Positions 23,122-26,263 of a stretch of 26,263 bases of DNA are shown here, in pieces. The translations under genes and the position numbers were made by a program. The notes beneath the pieces were generated by a model. That model did not search any database, was not told the DNA's origin, and was given only the letters and a program-made list of their open reading frames with translations. The DNA comes from a virus: IMG/VR virus record IMGVR_UViG_3300018080_000090, positions 1-26,263 of that record. One strand, given 5' to 3'. The stretch's first letter is position 1. Each line of letters begins with the position of its first letter.

Positions 23122-23276
23122 AACTAAAAAATTGTAAATATTGTAATAAATGTAAAGAATTTGATAAAGATTTTCTTGCTTGTATTAACTCTGGTGTTTA
23201 TTACATCTATGGCGATGAACCAAGAAACTGTGAACTTTATCTAAAATTTGAGAAAGGACAGGAGCAAAAAGAATGA
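23118..23276 (+). CDS. Cys-rich mini-protein (52 aa)
   Basis: ATGA overlaps at both ends. NCKYCNKC...C...C pattern. Below the ORF-track cutoff. Confidence 0.45.
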   Translation: MKLKNCKYCNKCKEFDKDFLACINSGVYYIYGDEPRNCELYLKFEKGQEQKE

Positions 23277-23503
23277 AAACCCAAACCGAGATAGTAGACG
23301 AAATTTTAAAAATGCCAAAACCACAATTTTCTCTAGCAAGAGAAGGAGTAATTATGACAGCCATCGCTTTACTCGAGGCACAACTTGAAGAAGCTAAATG
23401 GATTGAAAGTGCAATACGAAAAGAGAAGCCTTGTTTTGGTTATAATTTAGTAGAAGAAACCGAACACAATCTAAACCGACTGCGAGGTGAAAACAATGTG
23501 TGA
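23273..23503 (+). CDS. Hypothetical helical protein (76 aa)
   Basis: ORF track; ATGA-coupled. Confidence 0.6.
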   Translation: MKTQTEIVDEILKMPKPQFSLAREGVIMTAIALLEAQLEEAKWIESAIRKEKPCFGYNLVEETEHNLNRLRGENNV

Positions 23504-24143
23504 TTTCTATTCAGCAATCGTGACAAACAAAGGAGAAATATTGACAGACATTAGTCATAGCCACTCAACCATAAAATTAAAACATAATCTTGATGATACA
23601 AAAGATTTAGATAAACTTACTTTTTGCCCAATAGAGATACTACCAAAAGCTGGAAAGAATATTTGGGATAAACCTACCAAAGAAAACTGGACATTTCACT
23701 TAGGTGCTAGTAATTATAATTCCAAACAAGCCCCTAAATGGTGGAAGAATAGTTTTGAAAAAGATTGTTGGAATAAGTTTAAGGAAGATTGGAATCAACA
23801 AATACTTCTTAATAAAGAGATTGATAATATTGAAGGAAAGACTATTTATTTAATGAAAGATTGTAAAATTAAAACTCTTAAGAATTGTCAGGTTGGAAAG
23901 ATGTTTGGTAGCAGTCAGGTTAGAGAGATGTTTGGTAGCAGTCAGGTTAGAGAGATGTTTGGTAGCAGTCAGGTTGGAGCGATGTGGGATAATAGTCAGG
24001 TTGGAAAGATGCAATCAAAACAAACAACTATAAGAATTTTTGGATTAAAAGTCAAACTACCTCTATTAAAATTAGGAGTTATTATTGATTTTTCAAAAGA
24101 TAAAACTAAGGTTTTTATAGGAGATAAGGAGGCAGAAGAATGA
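23487..24143 (+). CDS. Protein with an MCDFYSAIV...SHS N-domain and C-terminal 9-aa tandem repeats (218 aa)
   Basis: ORF track. Repeats SQVGKMFGS / SQVREMFGS x2 / SQVGAMWDN / SQVGKM. The N-terminal MCDFYS...SHS...WW pattern resembles a widespread phage-borne family that I cannot name. Confidence 0.75.
   Translation: MKTMCDFYSAIVTNKGEILTDISHSHSTIKLKHNLDDTKDLDKLTFCPIEILPKAGKNIWDKPTKENWTFHLGASNYNSKQAPKWWKNSFEKDCWNKFKEDWNQQILLNKEIDNIEGKTIYLMKDCKIKTLKNCQVGKMFGSSQVREMFGSSQVREMFGSSQVGAMWDNSQVGKMQSKQTTIRIFGLKVKLPLLKLGVIIDFSKDKTKVFIGDKEAEE
23887..24011 (+). repeat. 27-bp in-frame tandem repeat, ~4.6 copies
   Basis: Units start at 23887, 23914, 23941, 23968 and 23995. Units 2 and 3 are identical (GTCAGGTTAGAGAGATGTTTGGTAGCA). 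Confidence 0.9.
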
Positions 24144-24649
24144 ACGACGAAACAATTGAAAATAATGTCTTTCAAACAATATGGAAGGAACAAGAAGACA
24201 AAAGGGCATATAGAAGTGAGTGGGAGAGATTTTTAATAAACAAAGGTTACGAGCAAGGCAAGTCAGATGCTATAAAATTGATTAAAAAATGTTATGAAAC
24301 TGCCCCTTGGGATGAAGAAACTATTAAAGAAATAATTGAAATCCTCACCTCACAACCTCAAAGTCAGCAACCCGAAGTATTAGCCTGTCAGGGCGAGGGG
24401 GAAACAATTGCTGGGTCGCTCCCAGATAGTAAATCTGTGCTTGATACCTCGGTTGAGACCACAGAAGTTGAAGATGTTGGCAAGTCTTCACGAAACCCCT
24501 CTGCTGACACTCAAACTCCCTTATCCTCTTGCGATGATGTCGTTGAAGAAAGGGAGAGCCTTCGGGCTAAAGGATTTGAAGATTGGAATGGTTATAATGT
24601 TAAAGATTATAGGAATAAAACTAAACAAGGAGCAGAAGATGTCGCATAA
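24140..24649 (+). CDS. Hypothetical protein with an acidic, low-complexity C-terminal half (169 aa)
   Basis: ORF track with ATGA overlap. The second half is noticeably more GC-rich than the genome average. Confidence 0.65.
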   Translation: MNDETIENNVFQTIWKEQEDKRAYRSEWERFLINKGYEQGKSDAIKLIKKCYETAPWDEETIKEIIEILTSQPQSQQPEVLACQGEGETIAGSLPDSKSVLDTSVETTEVEDVGKSSRNPSADTQTPLSSCDDVVEERESLRAKGFEDWNGYNVKDYRNKTKQGAEDVA

Positions 24650-24797
24650 TGTCTTATATTTGGATGTTCTACGCCAAAATGTCGTATCTCTCTATATTCA
24701 CCAAAATTTTCTCTTTGCCCTCCAAAGTCGGGTTCAATCCTCACACTCAATTAAAATGCTTCCCTTAACAGAAGTTAAAGGAAATTTAAAAATATAA
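24639..24797 (+). CDS. Hypothetical mini-protein (52 aa); this is the 3-prime portion of track ORF 24408..24797
   Basis: AAGGAG SD (24627-24632) 6 nt upstream of the ATG at 24639. The longer track ORF has a non-ATG start and overlaps 24140..24649 out of frame. Confidence 0.3.
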   Translation: MSHNVLYLDVLRQNVVSLYIHQNFLFALQSRVQSSHSIKMLPLTEVKGNLKI

Positions 24798-24798
24798 A

Positions 24799-25134
24799 AT
24801 GCAAAGTCACCAACTAAACGCCATTTATACGGAGAGACCATCTATAAAAGTTGCAACTTCCCAAATTTGTTCCGATTTGGTTTTAGGTAAGTCTGGGAGC
24901 ATTGTTGGTGACCCCTCTTTCATAAACACTGCAGTGGAGAGGGTTATATTTTCAAACTACACATTTCAAAGTGTATGGGACAAAGGAAAAACTCAAACCC
25001 CGTTGCACTCTCGCTTCGCTCGGGTCAGTGAATGTCTGGTTAGTAGTTCGTCGTTGCACTTCCTCACCCGAATTGGCTTCGCCAACTCTACTAAACTAAA
25101 TATTAAACCTAATCAGAAGGAGTTGCTCCAATGA
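24799..25134 (+). CDS. Hypothetical protein (111 aa) of atypical composition; coding status uncertain
   Basis: ORF track. ATGA-coupled to the downstream MTase. It is S-rich and K/E-poor and lies in a GC-rich island, unlike the other genes here. Confidence 0.35.
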   Translation: MQSHQLNAIYTERPSIKVATSQICSDLVLGKSGSIVGDPSFINTAVERVIFSNYTFQSVWDKGKTQTPLHSRFARVSECLVSSSSLHFLTRIGFANSTKLNIKPNQKELLQ

Positions 25135-25895
25135 CTAAATTCAGAATACTAATCGCTTGTGAAGAAAGCCAGGAAGTTTGTAAAGCATTTAGGGAGTTAG
25201 GACACGAAGCATATTCTTGCGATATTTTACCTTGTAGTGGAGGTCATCCTGAATGGCACATACAAGGAGATGTTCTCCCTATTTTAGAACAAGAGTGGGA
25301 TATGGTTATTGCACATCCACCATGCACCTATTTATCTACTGCAGGAATAAGGTGGTTTAATATTGAGAGGTATGGAGATAAGGCAAGAGAAAGATATAAA
25401 TTAAGAGATGAAGCATTGGAGTTTTTCCTCAAAATATATAACTCAAAATGTAAATTTATAGCTGTAGAAAATCCAAGAGGTTTTGTAAGTTCTATGTTTA
25501 GAAAACCAGACCAAATAATCCAACCTTGGCAATTTGGAGATTCATTCAATAAACCAACTTGCCTATGGTTAAAAGGATTGCCAAAGTTAAAGCATACAAA
25601 AATTGTAGATAAAGGAGAAATGGTTACACATATAACAAAAAAAGGAAAGAAAAAAACAGATAGTAAATGGTATTATGAAGCATTTAGTTTGCCTCCAAAA
25701 GAAAGAGCAAAATTCAGGAGTAAAACATTTCTAGGAATAGCACAAGCGATGGCTAAACAATGGTCAGAATATCTTGAGCAACAATCGGTGGCTGACTTTA
25801 CTTCGGCTACGCCTACACCCAAAGATGCTTCGCATCCTTCTCATCACCCTAATATTAAATCCAATAGAGGGATTTGCTCCCAGCGATTAAAATGA
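25131..25895 (+). CDS. C5-cytosine DNA methyltransferase-like protein (variant motif I)
   Basis: ILIACEESQEVCKAF (variant N-terminal motif). HPPCTYLS (motif IV PC dipeptide). VENPRGF (motif VI). QPWQFGDSFNKPTCLWLKGLP (motif VIII-like). RSKTFLGIAQAMAKQW (motif X-like). SD AGAAGGAG at 25116-25123. Confidence 0.85.
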   Translation: MTKFRILIACEESQEVCKAFRELGHEAYSCDILPCSGGHPEWHIQGDVLPILEQEWDMVIAHPPCTYLSTAGIRWFNIERYGDKARERYKLRDEALEFFLKIYNSKCKFIAVENPRGFVSSMFRKPDQIIQPWQFGDSFNKPTCLWLKGLPKLKHTKIVDKGEMVTHITKKGKKKTDSKWYYEAFSLPPKERAKFRSKTFLGIAQAMAKQWSEYLEQQSVADFTSATPTPKDASHPSHHPNIKSNRGICSQRLK

Positions 25896-26263
25896 AGATA
25901 CTTGAACTTTTTTCAGGAACAGAAAGCTTTTCTAATGTAGCAAGAGCAAGAGGACATCAAGTTTTTACAATAGAAAATAATTCAGACTTTAATCCAAGTC
26001 TTTGTAAAAACATTCTTGATGTCACAATTAAAGATATTCCATTTAAACCTGATGTAATCTGGGCTTCTCCTCCTTGCACTTGTTTTAGTGTTGCGTCAAT
26101 AGGTTCAAGTTGGTGTGGTAATTATCATCCAAAAAGAACAGAAACAGCCTTGGGTATGGCTTATGTTCTTAAAACTCTTGAATTGATTAAGAAATTGAAA
26201 CCAAAGTTTTTCTTTATAGAAAATCCAAGAGGAGTTTTAAGAAAGATGGCTTTTATGGATGAA
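25892..26263 (+). CDS. DNA (cytosine-5) methyltransferase, 5-prime part (continues at window position 124..420 after collapsing the overlap)
   Basis: Its ATG overlaps the upstream stop (ATGA at 25892-25895). Motif I ILELFSGTESFS. Motif IV ASPPCTCFS. Motif VI FIENPRG lies in the repeated segment. Confidence 0.9.
   Translation, partial: MKILELFSGTESFSNVARARGHQVFTIENNSDFNPSLCKNILDVTIKDIPFKPDVIWASPPCTCFSVASIGSSWCGNYHPKRTETALGMAYVLKTLELIKKLKPKFFFIENPRGVLRKMAFMDE
26141..26263. repeat. Terminal direct repeat (assembly overlap), identical to 1..123
   Basis: Same comparison as for 1..123. Confidence 0.95.

Larger units (their letters stand above)
1..26140. mobile_element. Complete circular virus-like/plasmid-like replicon (unit length 26,140 bp), probably an archaeal non-tailed virus
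   Basis: The two ends are identical over 123 nt and an ORF reads in frame through the junction. Genes are densely packed with an operon-like layout. The modules present are recombinase, ATPase, membrane-protein block, replication ATPase and methyltransferases. Confidence 0.75.

Noticed and set aside
23887-24011. Possible CRISPR-like array, given regular 27-bp repeats
   Set aside because: The repeats are directly tandem with no spacers and lie in frame inside a 218-aa ORF, where they encode a 9-aa protein repeat. No cas genes are present.
24408-24638. 5-prime two thirds of track ORF 24408-24797
   Set aside because: It has a non-ATG start and overlaps 24140-24649 out of frame. Only the part from the ATG at 24639, which has an AAGGAG SD, was kept, and at low confidence.
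24731-24740. GGTTCAATCC, a T-loop-like word suggesting a tRNA gene or tRNA-derived att site
   Set aside because: The flanking bases (GTCGG / CCTCA or TCGGG / CTCAC) cannot form a 5-bp T-stem. I could not build acceptor, D or anticodon arms on either strand. It stays only as a weak hint inside the GC-rich island finding.
1-26263. Tailed-phage or prophage interpretation
   Set aside because: I could recognise no portal, large terminase, HK97-like capsid, tail tape measure, baseplate or lysis cassette motifs. The promoters look archaeal (TATA box with leaderless starts) rather than sigma70-like. The identical ends argue for a closed circle, not host-flanked att sites.

Overview
The window is one complete, circularly permuted replicon. 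Nt 1-123 are identical to nt 26141-26263, so the unit is 26,140 bp, and a C5-cytosine methyltransferase gene is split by the linearisation point. The DNA is AT-rich and very gene-dense: about 60 ORFs, nearly all on the + strand, many joined by ATGA stop/start overlaps. It uses archaeal-type expression signals, namely TTTAAATA-like TATA boxes centred ~26 nt upstream of leaderless ATGs, and GGAGG Shine-Dalgarno sites inside operons.

Content by module:
(i) A small serine recombinase sits next to a two-gene cassette bracketed by 53-bp direct repeats.
(ii) A minus-strand two-gene module encodes a P-loop NTPase with a C-terminal HTH.
(iii) An ~11.5-kb block (5615-17188) encodes almost only membrane or secreted proteins. 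It includes a 796-aa T/Q-rich protein and a 1687-aa giant protein with a DUF2341-like plus lectin-like segment and roughly 70 N-x-S/T sequons. It ends in a small, strongly expressed two-TM protein that I consider the candidate major virion protein.
(iv) A replication/regulation region holds a Walker A/B ATPase resembling DUF3631-type replication proteins, an iteron-rich non-coding region, many zinc-ribbon mini-proteins, and AbrB-like and RHH-like regulators.
(v) There are three methyltransferases: two tandem C5-MTase-like genes and one class I SAM-MTase.

I found no rRNA, tRNA or CRISPR array. I also found no recognisable HK97 or jelly-roll capsid, portal, large terminase, DNA polymerase or tyrosine integrase. 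My reading is a novel non-tailed (spindle-shaped or pleomorphic type) archaeal virus or virus-like plasmid. All functional calls rest on motifs read by eye from the translations; no database search was possible.
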